DNA from: an uncultured Gammaproteobacteria bacterium
GTDB taxonomy: Bacteria; Pseudomonadota; Gammaproteobacteria; Steroidobacterales; JBCBZW01
Direction of reading: 5' to 3'
DNA: 64,000 bases
NCBI GenBank assembly: GCA_965369325.1
Contig: CBDUQI010000005.1
Location: forward strand, 2,267-66,266
Both the position numbers and the translations under genes were made by a program. Shown here in pieces: positions 39,979 through 49,739 of the stretch. The notes below the pieces were generated by a model. It searched no databases and was not told where the DNA came from. It was given only the letters and a program-made list of their open reading frames with translations. How positions within the stretch are numbered: the stretch's first letter is position 1; every line of letters starts with the position of its first letter.

Positions 39979-41493
39979 TCAGGCCGGTTTATCCTCACCC
40001 TCGCGCTCGCTCGGAGCGCTGGGCTGCCAGTACAAATCCAGCTTGCGGGCCGCACGGACATCGTCCAGGCGTTTAACCGGCATGGTATAGGGCGCGTTTT
40101 GTGGCAACTGCGGCTCACTGGCAGCCTGCTCGCGAATGGCCACCATCGCCGCCACAAATTCGTCCAGATCCTCTTTCGCCTCGGTCTCAGTGGGTTCGAT
40201 CAGCAGGCATTCCGGCACCAGCAGCGGGAAATAGGTGGTCGGCGCGTGCATGTCGTGGTCCAGCAGGGCTTTGGCAAAGTCGCGCGCCGTCACCTCATAC
40301 TCGCGCGCTTCGCGCTTAAGCGTAATGATAAACTCGTGACTGGCGCGGCGCTCGGGAAACGCCAGCTGGAACCCTGCATCGGCTAGGCGATGCATCAGAT
40401 AGTTGGCGTTCAGCGTAGCGAATTCGCTCACCCGCGACATGCCTTCTCGGCCCAGCATCCGGGCATAGATGTAGGCCCGCAACAGTACGCCTGCATTGCC
40501 CATAAATGCGGACAGCCCACCAATTGACTGCGGCAGGTCTTCCTGCGTCAACCAGCGGTAGCTGCCGTCATCGTCCCTGCCGATGACGGGTGTCGGCATA
40601 AAGGGCAACAGGCGCTCGCCCACGCCCACCGCGCCAGAGCCTGGGCCACCGCCGCCATGCGGGGTGGAGAAGGTTTTATGCAGATTCATGTGGATCACGT
40701 CAAAACCCATGTCGCCAGGGCGCACCCGACCAAGGATGGCATTCAGGTTGGCACCATCGTAGTACAGCAGGCCACCCGCTTGGTGCACTGCATTGGCGAT
40801 GTCTTCGATGCGGCGCTCAAACACGCCCAGGGTGGAGGGATTGGTGAGCATGATGCCCGCCGTGCGCGGACCAAGCGCCGCGATCAATGCGTCCACATCC
40901 ACATCGCCTGAGGCGTCCGTGGGGATCTCGATCGCTTTGCAGCCGCACATGATGGCGGTGGCGGGATTGGTCCCATGCGCCGCATCCGGCACCAGGATCT
41001 CGTCCCGATGATGATCCCCGCGGGCATCATGGTAGGCACGAATCATCGCCACACCAGCGAACTCTCCCTGCGCACCCGCCATTGGCGTTAACGAAACGCC
41101 TTTCATGCCGGTCACGTCCTGCAGAATTTCCTGCAGCTCGTACATGCACTCCAGATATCCCTGACCCAGGCTCTCATCTGCCAACGGATGGCGGGCGAGA
41201 AACTGCGGCAGCATGGCCAGCGTATTGCAGGCCCGGGGGTTGTACTTCATGGTGCACGAGCCCAGCGGATACATCTGGGTATCGATACTGAAGTTCAGTT
41301 GCGACAGACGCGTATAGTGGCGCACCACCTGCATCTCGGACACCTGCGGCAACCCGGGCGGGCGGCTACGCAAAAACTGCGCCGGCAGATCCGGCGTAGT
41401 GGGCTTAAGCGGCGCTTGCGCCAGCGCCCGGCGGCCCGCGCTATTGCGCTCAAAGATCAGCGGTTCACTCGATGACTTCATGCTTGACTCCAA
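39979..41493 (-). CDS. gcvPB: glycine dehydrogenase (decarboxylating), subunit 2
   Basis: 504 aa with [10 protein letters not shown] and [16 protein letters not shown] (PLP-lysine region). Confidence 0.95.
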   Translation of the reverse strand: MESSMKSSSEPLIFERNSAGRRALAQAPLKPTTPDLPAQFLRSRPPGLPQVSEMQVVRHYTRLSQLNFSIDTQMYPLGSCTMKYNPRACNTLAMLPQFLARHPLADESLGQGYLECMYELQEILQDVTGMKGVSLTPMAGAQGEFAGVAMIRAYHDARGDHHRDEILVPDAAHGTNPATAIMCGCKAIEIPTDASGDVDVDALIAALGPRTAGIMLTNPSTLGVFERRIEDIANAVHQAGGLLYYDGANLNAILGRVRPGDMGFDVIHMNLHKTFSTPHGGGGPGSGAVGVGERLLPFMPTPVIGRDDDGSYRWLTQEDLPQSIGGLSAFMGNAGVLLRAYIYARMLGREGMSRVSEFATLNANYLMHRLADAGFQLAFPERRASHEFIITLKREAREYEVTARDFAKALLDHDMHAPTTYFPLLVPECLLIEPTETEAKEDLDEFVAAMVAIREQAASEPQLPQNAPYTMPVKRLDDVRAARKLDLYWQPSAPSEREGEDKPA

Positions 41494-41508
41494 CCCGCGC
41501 CCAGCGCG

Positions 41509-42006
41509 CTAACCCAGCGCCTTGAGGGCGGCTTCGTAATCCGGCTCTTCAGCAATCTCGGGCACTAATTGCGTGTGCACGACCGTATTGTTCTCATCCA
41601 GCACCATCACTGCTCGTGCGGTCAGCCCGGCCATCGGGCCGTCTTCGATCAGTACGCCGTAATCGCGCGGGAACTCACTGCGCATGGTGGATAAGGTCTG
41701 CACGTTATTCAGTTGTTCATTGCCGCAGAAACGTGCCTGAGCAAAGGGCAGGTCGGCCGAGATCATCAGCATTACCACGTCCTCGTGCTCACGCGCGTGG
41801 TCGTTGAATTTTTTGGTCGACAGCGCGCACACCGGCGTGTCCACACTAGGGAAAATATTAAGCAGTTTGCGGCGGCCGGCGAAACGATCCAGCGAGATAT
41901 CTTTCAAATCGCGATCGGTCAGCGTGAAATCCGGCGCCTTAGCGCCCACTTTTGGCAGTTCGCCATTGGTATGGATCTCGTTGCCCTTAAGGGTAATGGT
42001 AGCCAT
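41509..42006 (-). CDS. tpx: thiol peroxidase
   Basis: 165 aa with [10 protein letters not shown] (peroxidatic Cys) and ARFCG (resolving Cys). AGAGGA sits 6 nt upstream of the ATG. Confidence 0.95.
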   Translation of the reverse strand: MATITLKGNEIHTNGELPKVGAKAPDFTLTDRDLKDISLDRFAGRRKLLNIFPSVDTPVCALSTKKFNDHAREHEDVVMLMISADLPFAQARFCGNEQLNNVQTLSTMRSEFPRDYGVLIEDGPMAGLTARAVMVLDENNTVVHTQLVPEIAEEPDYEAALKALG

Positions 42007-42024
42007 GTGAGATTCCTCTATTGT

Positions 42025-43401
42025 TTAACTGTTGCTGCTGCCGGGCTCTAGCACCTGCGCCAGCGCGGTCGCGAAGTCCGCAATGTCTTGCGTGGTTTTG
42101 GTTTCGGTGGCACAGACCAACAGGCAATTGCCGAGCGCCGGGTAATCCGCGCTCAGATCGTAGCCACCCGCGATACCATGCACTTTCGCCAATGTCCTCA
42201 GCACCGGCCCGACGGGCACGGGCAAGCGCAATACGGCCTCATGGAAGCGTGCCCCCGTGAATACCAGCTCGACGCCGTTGCAGCCGCTGAGCGCGTCGAT
42301 CAGCTCGCCCGTGCGTGCGTGGCTTTCACCCGCAACACGCGCTAACCCCTCATCGCCAAGCAAGGCCATGTGGATGGTGGCCGCCGTCACCGCCAACCCC
42401 TGATTCGTACAAATATTTGAGGTCGCCTTCGAGCGACGGATATGTTGCTCGCGCGCCTGCAGTGTCAGCACCAGCCCCGGTTCACCGTCAGCGTCCAGCG
42501 TACGTCCCACCACCCGTCCGGGGAGCTGGCGCATCAGTGCCTTCTTGCAGGCCATGTAGCCAAAGTAAGGGCCGCCTGAGCTGAGTGGGACGCCAAGCGG
42601 CTGGCCCTCGCCACAGGCGATATCCGCGCCCTGCTCGCCCCATTCACCCGGTGCCTGAAGCAGCGCCAATGAGGTGGGATTGGCCACCGCCACGACCAGC
42701 GCGCCACGGGCATGGGCCCAGTCGGTCAAGGCGTCCACCTGCTCCAGCTGCCCGAAGAAGTTGGGCTGCTGAATCACCACCGCAACAAACTCCTCTTCCG
42801 CCAGCGCATCCAGCACTGAGTGATCCACTACACCCGCCGTTGGGTCCAGCGCCAGCGGCACCAGTTCCACCTGCTGGTTAAAGGTAATCGCTCGACTGAC
42901 TTCGCGATAACGCGGATGCACACTCTGCGCCACCAGCACGCGGCGTGAGCGCGACTTTCGGTTGCCGCGAATGGCCATCAGGATCGCCTCGGCGAGGCCG
43001 GAAGCCCCGTCGTAAAGCGACGCATTACTCACGTCCAGACCCGTGAGCCCGCAGATCATGCTCTGGTACTCGTAGATCACCTGCAAAGTGCCCTGACTGG
43101 CTTCGGCCTGATACGGGGTATACGCGGAGTAAAACTCCCCGCGTGTGGCCAGCTGCCACACCGCAGCGGGAATATGATGCTCGTACGCGCCCGCCCCGAT
43201 AAAATTGGCCGGCAGGCCATCGCGATCGGCGCGCTCCAACATGAGACGCGTCACCTGCGCCTCGGTCATCTGCTCAGGCACCTGCAACGGGCCGCAGCGC
43301 AGGCTGGCCGGAATCTCATCGAAGAGATCTTCAGTACTCTCAACACCGATGGCACGCAGCATCGCGGCCGTGTCAGCATCGGTATGCGGGATAAACGGCA
43401 T
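42025..43401 (-). CDS. gcvPA: glycine dehydrogenase (decarboxylating), subunit 1
   Basis: 458 aa with [10 protein letters not shown]...[13 protein letters not shown]...[14 protein letters not shown]. Confidence 0.95.
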   Translation of the reverse strand: MPFIPHTDADTAAMLRAIGVESTEDLFDEIPASLRCGPLQVPEQMTEAQVTRLMLERADRDGLPANFIGAGAYEHHIPAAVWQLATRGEFYSAYTPYQAEASQGTLQVIYEYQSMICGLTGLDVSNASLYDGASGLAEAILMAIRGNRKSRSRRVLVAQSVHPRYREVSRAITFNQQVELVPLALDPTAGVVDHSVLDALAEEEFVAVVIQQPNFFGQLEQVDALTDWAHARGALVVAVANPTSLALLQAPGEWGEQGADIACGEGQPLGVPLSSGGPYFGYMACKKALMRQLPGRVVGRTLDADGEPGLVLTLQAREQHIRRSKATSNICTNQGLAVTAATIHMALLGDEGLARVAGESHARTGELIDALSGCNGVELVFTGARFHEAVLRLPVPVGPVLRTLAKVHGIAGGYDLSADYPALGNCLLVCATETKTTQDIADFATALAQVLEPGSSNS

Positions 43402-43417
43402 CTAGATTACTCCGAGG

Positions 43418-43804
43418 TCATTCTTCCAGAGTTGCCGCGTAGGCGGCAGCGTCGAACAACGTGCCCAGCGCGCTGGGATCATCAAGCTGTATGCGTACCA
43501 GCCAGCCATCCGCGTACGGTTGGGAGTTGACCAGTTCGGGGGCATCTTCCAACGCGGCGTTGGCCTCCAGTACCTCTCCGGCCAGGGGCGAGTACACGTC
43601 AGAGGCAGCTTTCACCGATTCCACTACAGCCAACTGCTCGCCTGGCTGCATGGTGCGCCCTGCTTCGGGCAACTCGACGAACACCAACTCGCCCAGGCTG
43701 TGCTGCGCGTGATCGGTAATCCCGATCACCGCGCTGCCATCTTCCTGCAGCCGTACCCACTCGTGGGTCTGCGTGTACTTCAGATCTTCCGGTAACTCGC
43801 TCAC
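43418..43804 (-). CDS. gcvH: glycine cleavage system H protein
   Basis: 128 aa with the lipoyl-lysine motif VESVKAASDVYSP. Confidence 0.95.
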   Translation of the reverse strand: MSELPEDLKYTQTHEWVRLQEDGSAVIGITDHAQHSLGELVFVELPEAGRTMQPGEQLAVVESVKAASDVYSPLAGEVLEANAALEDAPELVNSQPYADGWLVRIQLDDPSALGTLFDAAAYAATLEE

Positions 43805-43896
43805 TTCACGATCCCTCCATATCCATATCGCTAATCACTTGCTTTGTTCGCCGGCGCGAGCCGGCCACCACGCGCCTGTGCGCGCGTTAGTCTGCG

Positions 43897-44997
43897 TTAG
43901 TCCAGGGCAACGCGTACCTTCCCATGACGGACAAACGGCGGGCGTACCACCCGCGCGTCCAGGCGCTTATTGCGGATTTGCACCTGCACCGCCTCACCGG
44001 CCTGCAGGGGCACCCGTGCCAGCGCGATGGCCTTGCCCATGGTGGGCGAGAATGTGCCGCTGGTGACCTCGCCTTCGCCGGCGCTGGTGTGCACCACCTG
44101 ATGCGAACGCAGCACGCCGCGCCCGGCTAGCACCAGCCCTATCTGCTTGTGTTGGAGGCCGCGCTCAAGCTGTGCACTCAGCGCCTGTCGGCCGATAAAA
44201 TCGCGTTCATCCCCAGCGCTCATCGCTACTGTCCACTTGAGCCCAACCTCCAGCGGCGTACGCGACTCGTCCATATCCGTGCCGTACAGGCACATGCCCG
44301 CCTCCAGCCTCAGCGTGTCGCGCGCGCCCAGCCCGCAAGGCACCAGAGCGCCATCGGTCAGGGCCTGCCAGCAATCAGCAGCCCGCTCGGCGGGCAGGAT
44401 AATCTCCCAGCCAGCCTCGCCGGTGTAGCCGGTGTGCGCGATAAAATACTCGCCGATGCTGGCGCTGGTAAATGGCTTAAGGCCAAGCGCGAGATCGGCT
44501 TGCTGGGGATCGCTGAACAGCGCCTTCGCAGCACGTTCTCGAGCTTTCGGGCCCTGTACCGCAATCATGGCTAATTCCCGCCGCGCCTGTATCCGCACAT
44601 CAAAGGGCTTGGCGTGCACATTCATCCAATCGAGCACTTTGGAACGCGTTGAGGCATTGGATACCACGCGGTATTGATGCTCGCCGCGGCGATAGACGAT
44701 GAGATCGTCCAGCACGCCGCCGGATTCATTGAGCATGCAGGAGTAAAGTGCCTGACCGTCCTTGGTAAGTTTGGCCGCATCGTTGGCCATCAGGTAGCGC
44801 AACAGCGCCAGTGCGCCAGCGCCTTGCAGGTCGCAAATGCTCATATGCGAGACATCAAACATGCCGCAATCCGAGCGCACCGCATGGTGCTCTTCAATTT
44901 GCGAACCGTAGTTAAGCGGCATATCCCAACCGCCAAAATCGACCATCGTCGCATCGGCATTTACGTGGCTGGCATACAGGGGTGTTTTTTCTGGCAT
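43897..44997 (-). CDS. gcvT: aminomethyltransferase (glycine cleavage T protein)
   Basis: 366 aa with TPLY..H......MVDFGGWDMPLNYGSQIEEHHAVR. Confidence 0.95.
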   Translation of the reverse strand: MPEKTPLYASHVNADATMVDFGGWDMPLNYGSQIEEHHAVRSDCGMFDVSHMSICDLQGAGALALLRYLMANDAAKLTKDGQALYSCMLNESGGVLDDLIVYRRGEHQYRVVSNASTRSKVLDWMNVHAKPFDVRIQARRELAMIAVQGPKARERAAKALFSDPQQADLALGLKPFTSASIGEYFIAHTGYTGEAGWEIILPAERAADCWQALTDGALVPCGLGARDTLRLEAGMCLYGTDMDESRTPLEVGLKWTVAMSAGDERDFIGRQALSAQLERGLQHKQIGLVLAGRGVLRSHQVVHTSAGEGEVTSGTFSPTMGKAIALARVPLQAGEAVQVQIRNKRLDARVVRPPFVRHGKVRVALD

Positions 44998-45104
44998 CCC
45001 GGGCTCCGTGCAACATCGCCCGCGGATCAGATCATCAGAAGTGCGCGGGGCGGCGCTTGCGTTTTAGTTAATTACGCGCCCGCCACGTGCGTGCACATGA
45101 CGGC

Positions 45105-45300
45105 CTGCCCCTCTGTCCGGTTACCTGAGAGCGTCGGGATAGGTCCCAGCTCCTTCGGTGGGCCAATGTTGTTGGCCGCTCTCCAGAGTCGACTGGTATT
45201 CACGGTCCGGGTGCCTGAGCGTTTCCGGGTCGTTGCGCCTTCGGCGATCGCTGTGGGGCCAGCTCGGCGGCTGGCGTGCATTGCGATCTCTCCCGCGAAT
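45105..45300 (-). promoter_or_regulatory. tandem glycine riboswitch in the gcvT leader
   Basis: The minus strand reads cgcGGGAGAGatcgc...gatcgCCGAAGGcgcaa...CTCAGGCAcccGGAC (aptamer 1), then CTCTGGAGAGcggcc...cccACCGAAGGAGCtggg...CTCAGGTAACCGGACAGAGG (aptamer 2). This matches the conserved glycine-aptamer cores. Confidence 0.85.
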
Positions 45301-45521
45301 CGTTACGTCGATGGTCCGCATGATAGCGGCCTCGCGAGCCGCTGACCAGTGCTGCGCGCCTCGTGCCGGCCAGTCACCGTAAACAGCACGCGTCAGCGGC
45401 TGTTCGACTCAGCCTGTTGGCGCGGCGCAGCATGATTGCCGCTTGAGACGCCTTAGCTCACAATGCGTCAAAACACGCACGCCGTATTTGCCTACCTGTC
45501 GACACATAGGAAACCGCCGTT

Positions 45522-47360
45522 ATGCCCACCACTCGCTTGCTGCCGCGGTGGCACCACTTACACCACATCGCCTTGTTGCTCGGCGTGCTTGTCGGCCTCG
45601 GCGAAACCGCCGTTGCTGGCCCGAATGAGGGGGCCAGCGCGCAGCTTGATCAACTGTTTGAGCAAGCCTGGGAAGCCGACCTGCGCCACCATCCCGTGCG
45701 CGCCTCAAACCTGGGGGACAAGCGCTACAACACGCAATGGGCCGATCTGTCACTGCCCGCGCTGGCCGCACAACACACCCACAATCAAAAGGTGCTGGAA
45801 GCGCTGCGCGAGATTGGACGGGATGCACTTCCTCCACCGCAACAGCTCAACTACGACCTGTTTGAACGCGAGTACATACGCCGTCTTGAGCGCTACCCAC
45901 TGGACCTTCATTTGATCCCGATGAACCAGCGCGGCGGCGTACAGACGGCGGACGAGTTGCTTGAGCGCCTGCGCTTTGAGCAGGCGCAGGATTACCGTGA
46001 CTGGATCGCACGACTGGAGGCGATGGGGACACGTATCGACCAAACCATCGCTCTGATGCGCACCGGCATCACCCGCGGACAGGTTCCTCCCGAGGTGGTC
46101 TTCAAACGCATCCCAGCGCAGATTGCCGCGCAGATTGTCTCCGCGCCCGACGCCAGCCCGTTTTATAAACCGTTCAAGGAATTCGCGGTGGCGCTGCCAG
46201 CGCAAGAGCAGACCCGCCTGCGCACGCGTGCGAAGCAAGCCATCTCAACAGTGGTGGTCCCCGCTTACCAGCGGCTGGCGCAATTCGTCGATGAGCACTA
46301 CCTGCCAGCGTGCCGGCGCAGCGTCGGCCTCTCGGATACTCCCGGTGGCCGCACGGCGTACGAGACCTTGACCCGGCACTTCACCACTACCCAGTTGCAT
46401 CCAGATGACATCCACCAAATTGGGCTGGATGAGGTGGCGCGCATCCGTGCTCAGATGCGCCAGATCATCGAGCAACTGGCCTTTGACGGGGATTTCGCGC
46501 AGTTTCTGCAGTTCCTGCGCACCGATCCGCAGTTCTATTTTGACAACCCTGAGGACCTACTGACCGCGTACCGCGCCACCGCCAAGCGCATCGATCCGGC
46601 GTTGGTGGAGCTGTTCGCGCGGCTGCCACGCACCCCGTACGGCGTGCGCCCCATTCCGGCGAACATCGCCCCGGACACAACGACCGCGTATTACATGCGC
46701 CCCGCGGCCGATGGCACCCGCCCCGGGTATTACTACGTGAACCTGCACCTACCCGAAGTCAGGCCCAAATACGAAATTGAAGTACTAACGGTGCACGAAG
46801 CCATGCCGGGCCACCACCTGCAGATTGCCTTGTCGCAGGAGCTTGGCGAGCTGCCGGCATTCCGCCGCTACCTGGGCTTTACCGCGTTCGTAGAAGGCTG
46901 GGCCCTGTATTCGGAAAGCCTAGGCGAGGCGTTGGGACTGTATCGCGATCCGTACTCAAAGTTCGGACAACTTACCTATGAAATGTGGCGTGCGGTACGG
47001 CTGGTGGTCGACACCGGGCTGCACTACAAAAACTGGACCCGCCAGCGGGCGATTGACTACTTTGCCGCCAACACGGCCAAAACCCAGCACGATATCGTGA
47101 ACGAAATCGACCGCTATATCGCCTGGCCTGGACAAGCGTTGGCCTACAAAATCGGCGAGCTAAAAATTAAGGAGTTGAGAGCCCGCGCGCAGAGCACGCT
47201 TGGGCAGCACTTTGACGTACGCATGTTTCACGAAGCCGTGCTTGGTGCGGGCGCCATCCCGCTGGACGTGCTGGAAGCTAACGTCGATCACTGGATACAT
47301 ACGCAGCAACAGGAACACCTCATGAAAGCGGAGCGAGCCCATGGCCGAGACGGCGAATGA
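45522..47360 (+). CDS. DUF885-family secreted protein
   Basis: 612 aa with a signal peptide. It carries the family-typical motif VHEAMPGHHLQ followed by EGWALYSE. Confidence 0.7.
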   Translation: MPTTRLLPRWHHLHHIALLLGVLVGLGETAVAGPNEGASAQLDQLFEQAWEADLRHHPVRASNLGDKRYNTQWADLSLPALAAQHTHNQKVLEALREIGRDALPPPQQLNYDLFEREYIRRLERYPLDLHLIPMNQRGGVQTADELLERLRFEQAQDYRDWIARLEAMGTRIDQTIALMRTGITRGQVPPEVVFKRIPAQIAAQIVSAPDASPFYKPFKEFAVALPAQEQTRLRTRAKQAISTVVVPAYQRLAQFVDEHYLPACRRSVGLSDTPGGRTAYETLTRHFTTTQLHPDDIHQIGLDEVARIRAQMRQIIEQLAFDGDFAQFLQFLRTDPQFYFDNPEDLLTAYRATAKRIDPALVELFARLPRTPYGVRPIPANIAPDTTTAYYMRPAADGTRPGYYYVNLHLPEVRPKYEIEVLTVHEAMPGHHLQIALSQELGELPAFRRYLGFTAFVEGWALYSESLGEALGLYRDPYSKFGQLTYEMWRAVRLVVDTGLHYKNWTRQRAIDYFAANTAKTQHDIVNEIDRYIAWPGQALAYKIGELKIKELRARAQSTLGQHFDVRMFHEAVLGAGAIPLDVLEANVDHWIHTQQQEHLMKAERAHGRDGE

Positions 47361-47688
47361 TCTGATCGACAAACGCTGCCTCCCCTGCGAAGGGGAAGTG
47401 AATATCCTGCATCCGGACAGTGCCACTGAGCTGATGGGCGCGTTGCACGAAAAATGGGCCATGAGCGAGGATGGCAAATACATCGCGCGTAACTTCTGGT
47501 TCAAGAATTTTACCGACACCATGGGTTTTGCGAACGCCGTCGCGTGGATCGCGCACACCGAATCGCATCACCCGGGGATGCAGATCGGTTACCGTAATTG
47601 CCTGATCACCTACACCACCACGGCGCTGGGCGGGCTGTCGGAAAACGACTTCATCTGCGCGGCCAAGATTGACCGCCTACTGCCGTAG
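47341..47688 (+). CDS. phhB: pterin-4-alpha-carbinolamine dehydratase
   Basis: 115 aa with N-terminal C..CEG and the HTESHHPGMQIGYRNCLITYTT...GLSENDFICAAKID signature. It overlaps the DUF885 gene by 20 nt. Confidence 0.85.
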   Translation: MAETANDLIDKRCLPCEGEVNILHPDSATELMGALHEKWAMSEDGKYIARNFWFKNFTDTMGFANAVAWIAHTESHHPGMQIGYRNCLITYTTTALGGLSENDFICAAKIDRLLP

Positions 47689-47730
47689 CCAACACATCGG
47701 CCTTTCCACATACACGGCGACTGGGTATCC

Positions 47731-48633
47731 TTGGCGGCCCGCGCCCATCGGCTGATTGAAACCTGCATGCGACTGACACCAGAACAATTTCGCGCCCGCG
47801 ACAACAAAGCCATCACGCTGCTTGGCATGTCGGGCGTAGGCAAGACACGTATTTCGGCCTTGCTCAACCGTAACCAGTGGTTCCACTATTCCGGCGACTA
47901 CCGCATTGGTACGCGCTATCTGGATGAGGCCATTTTGGATAACATAAAACTGCAGGCCATGCAGGTACCGTTGCTGGCCGATCTGTTGCGCAGCGACTCT
48001 ATCCATATCCAGAACAATATCTCGTTCAACAACCTCACGCCCCTGTCCAGCTTCTTAGGGATGCTGGGCGATCCGCAACGCGGCGGGCTGGCACTGGAGG
48101 AGTTCAAGCGACGGCAAGCATTGCACCGGTCCGGCGAGATCGCGGCGATGAAAGATGTGCCTGCGTTTATTGAGCGCGCGAGGCGCATCTACGGTTATCC
48201 CAACTTCATCAACGATGCCGGTGGCAGTCTGTGCGAGCTGGACGATGAGAGCGTGCTTGAGACGCTGGCCGAACACACCATCATCATCTACATTCGCGCC
48301 ACTGCCGAAGACGAGGCTGCGCTGATCAGCCGGGCCGAGGTCAGGCCCAAACCGATGTTCTATCGGGCGGACTTTCTGGACACCCACCTGGCGCAGTACA
48401 TGCAAGCACAGGCACACGAGTATGTGGCCGACGTCGACCCCAAAGCGTTCGTCCGCTGGATATTTCCTATTCTATTCCGCGCCCGTGTGCCGCGCTACGA
48501 AGCCATTGCCAAGCGCTACGGCTACACCATCTCCACCCGGGAGCTGGCGCAGGTGCACAGCGGCGAACAGTTGCTGGGGCTGATCGGGCAGGCGCTAGCC
48601 GGCAACACCGGTCAACGATTGAGCGCAGGCTGA
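47731..48633 (+). CDS. P-loop NTPase, shikimate-kinase-like fold, function unknown
   Basis: 300 aa with Walker A ITLLGMSGVGKT and a later NDAGGS segment resembling the GGG substrate loop of shikimate-kinase-type enzymes. Large insertions are present. The start may be the internal ATG (MRLTPEQF). Confidence 0.55.
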   Translation: MAARAHRLIETCMRLTPEQFRARDNKAITLLGMSGVGKTRISALLNRNQWFHYSGDYRIGTRYLDEAILDNIKLQAMQVPLLADLLRSDSIHIQNNISFNNLTPLSSFLGMLGDPQRGGLALEEFKRRQALHRSGEIAAMKDVPAFIERARRIYGYPNFINDAGGSLCELDDESVLETLAEHTIIIYIRATAEDEAALISRAEVRPKPMFYRADFLDTHLAQYMQAQAHEYVADVDPKAFVRWIFPILFRARVPRYEAIAKRYGYTISTRELAQVHSGEQLLGLIGQALAGNTGQRLSAG

Positions 48634-49739
48634 TGCCGCTGGTCGCCCACAACACGCTGCCCGCCTTCTCTCGCTTGCGCCAAGAAGGCGCCAATGTGCT
48701 CGACGCCGACGACGCCCGACGCCAGGACATTCGCGAGCTGCATATCGGGCTGCTTAATATGATGCCGGATGCCGTACTTAGCGCCACTGAGCGGCAGTTC
48801 TTCCGGCTGGTGGGCGCCAGTAACCAGATTGCACAGATCTACATGCATCCCTTCTCCCTGCCAGAACTTAACCGGGGTGAGGCCGCCCGCGCGCATGTTG
48901 AGCGCTACTACGAGCCGTTTGAGCAACTTCGTGCCGACGGCCTCGATGCATTGATCATCACCGGCGCAAATGTGATTGGCGCCGATCTTAGTGAGGAGCC
49001 GTTTTGGCAACCGCTAATGCAGATCACTGACTGGGCGCTGCAACAAACCACCTCCGTACTTTGCTCCTGCCTCGCCACCCATTCGGTGGTGCAGTTTCGC
49101 CACGCACTGGCACGTCAGCCGCTGGGCTTTAAGCGTTGGGGGGTGTATGAGCACCGCCTCGTGCAGCGGGATCATCCGCTGGTGGAGGGCGTGAATACAC
49201 GGTTTGATGTGCCGCACTCGCGTTACAACGACGTGAGTGCCGAGCAGATGAGGCAGGCCGGACTACAGGTGCTTGCCCAAAGCGAGGAGGCCGGCGTGCA
49301 CTTGGCCACCAGCGCCGACGGAATACGCACAGTATTTATGCAAGGCCACCCGGAGTACGACGACTTCAGTCTGCTCAAAGAATACAAGCGCGAGGTCGAT
49401 AACTGGTACCACGGGCGACGCCCGGACTATCCGCCTTTTCCGCAGCACTACCTAAACGCGCGCTTACAGGCGATTTTAAACGAGCACCGGACACAGGTTA
49501 TCGCCCACCAGCGCAGCGGACATGACGCGCCCGCCTTCCCCGAGGCCACCATCATGAAAGCACTGGACAACACCTGGACCGACACCGGCAAGGCCATCAT
49601 CAACAACTGGATAGGTTTGGTGTATCGGGTCACCGATGTGGACCGGCACACCCCATTCATGCCGGGAGTATCCGCGGATGACCCGATTGGTCTGCTCGCC
49701 AACCGGCAATCAGCTGGCGATAAAACGGCGGTATCTTAA
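48633..49739 (+). CDS. metA: MetA-family homoserine O-acyltransferase homologue, C-terminally extended
   Basis: 368 aa with IGLLNMMPD, a Cys-containing segment SVLCSCLATH, GVYEH, PHSRYN and GHPEYD, all collinear with E. coli MetA as I recall it. About 60 extra C-terminal residues are present. The ATG overlaps the upstream stop (TGATG). Confidence 0.75.
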   Translation: MPLVAHNTLPAFSRLRQEGANVLDADDARRQDIRELHIGLLNMMPDAVLSATERQFFRLVGASNQIAQIYMHPFSLPELNRGEAARAHVERYYEPFEQLRADGLDALIITGANVIGADLSEEPFWQPLMQITDWALQQTTSVLCSCLATHSVVQFRHALARQPLGFKRWGVYEHRLVQRDHPLVEGVNTRFDVPHSRYNDVSAEQMRQAGLQVLAQSEEAGVHLATSADGIRTVFMQGHPEYDDFSLLKEYKREVDNWYHGRRPDYPPFPQHYLNARLQAILNEHRTQVIAHQRSGHDAPAFPEATIMKALDNTWTDTGKAIINNWIGLVYRVTDVDRHTPFMPGVSADDPIGLLANRQSAGDKTAVS

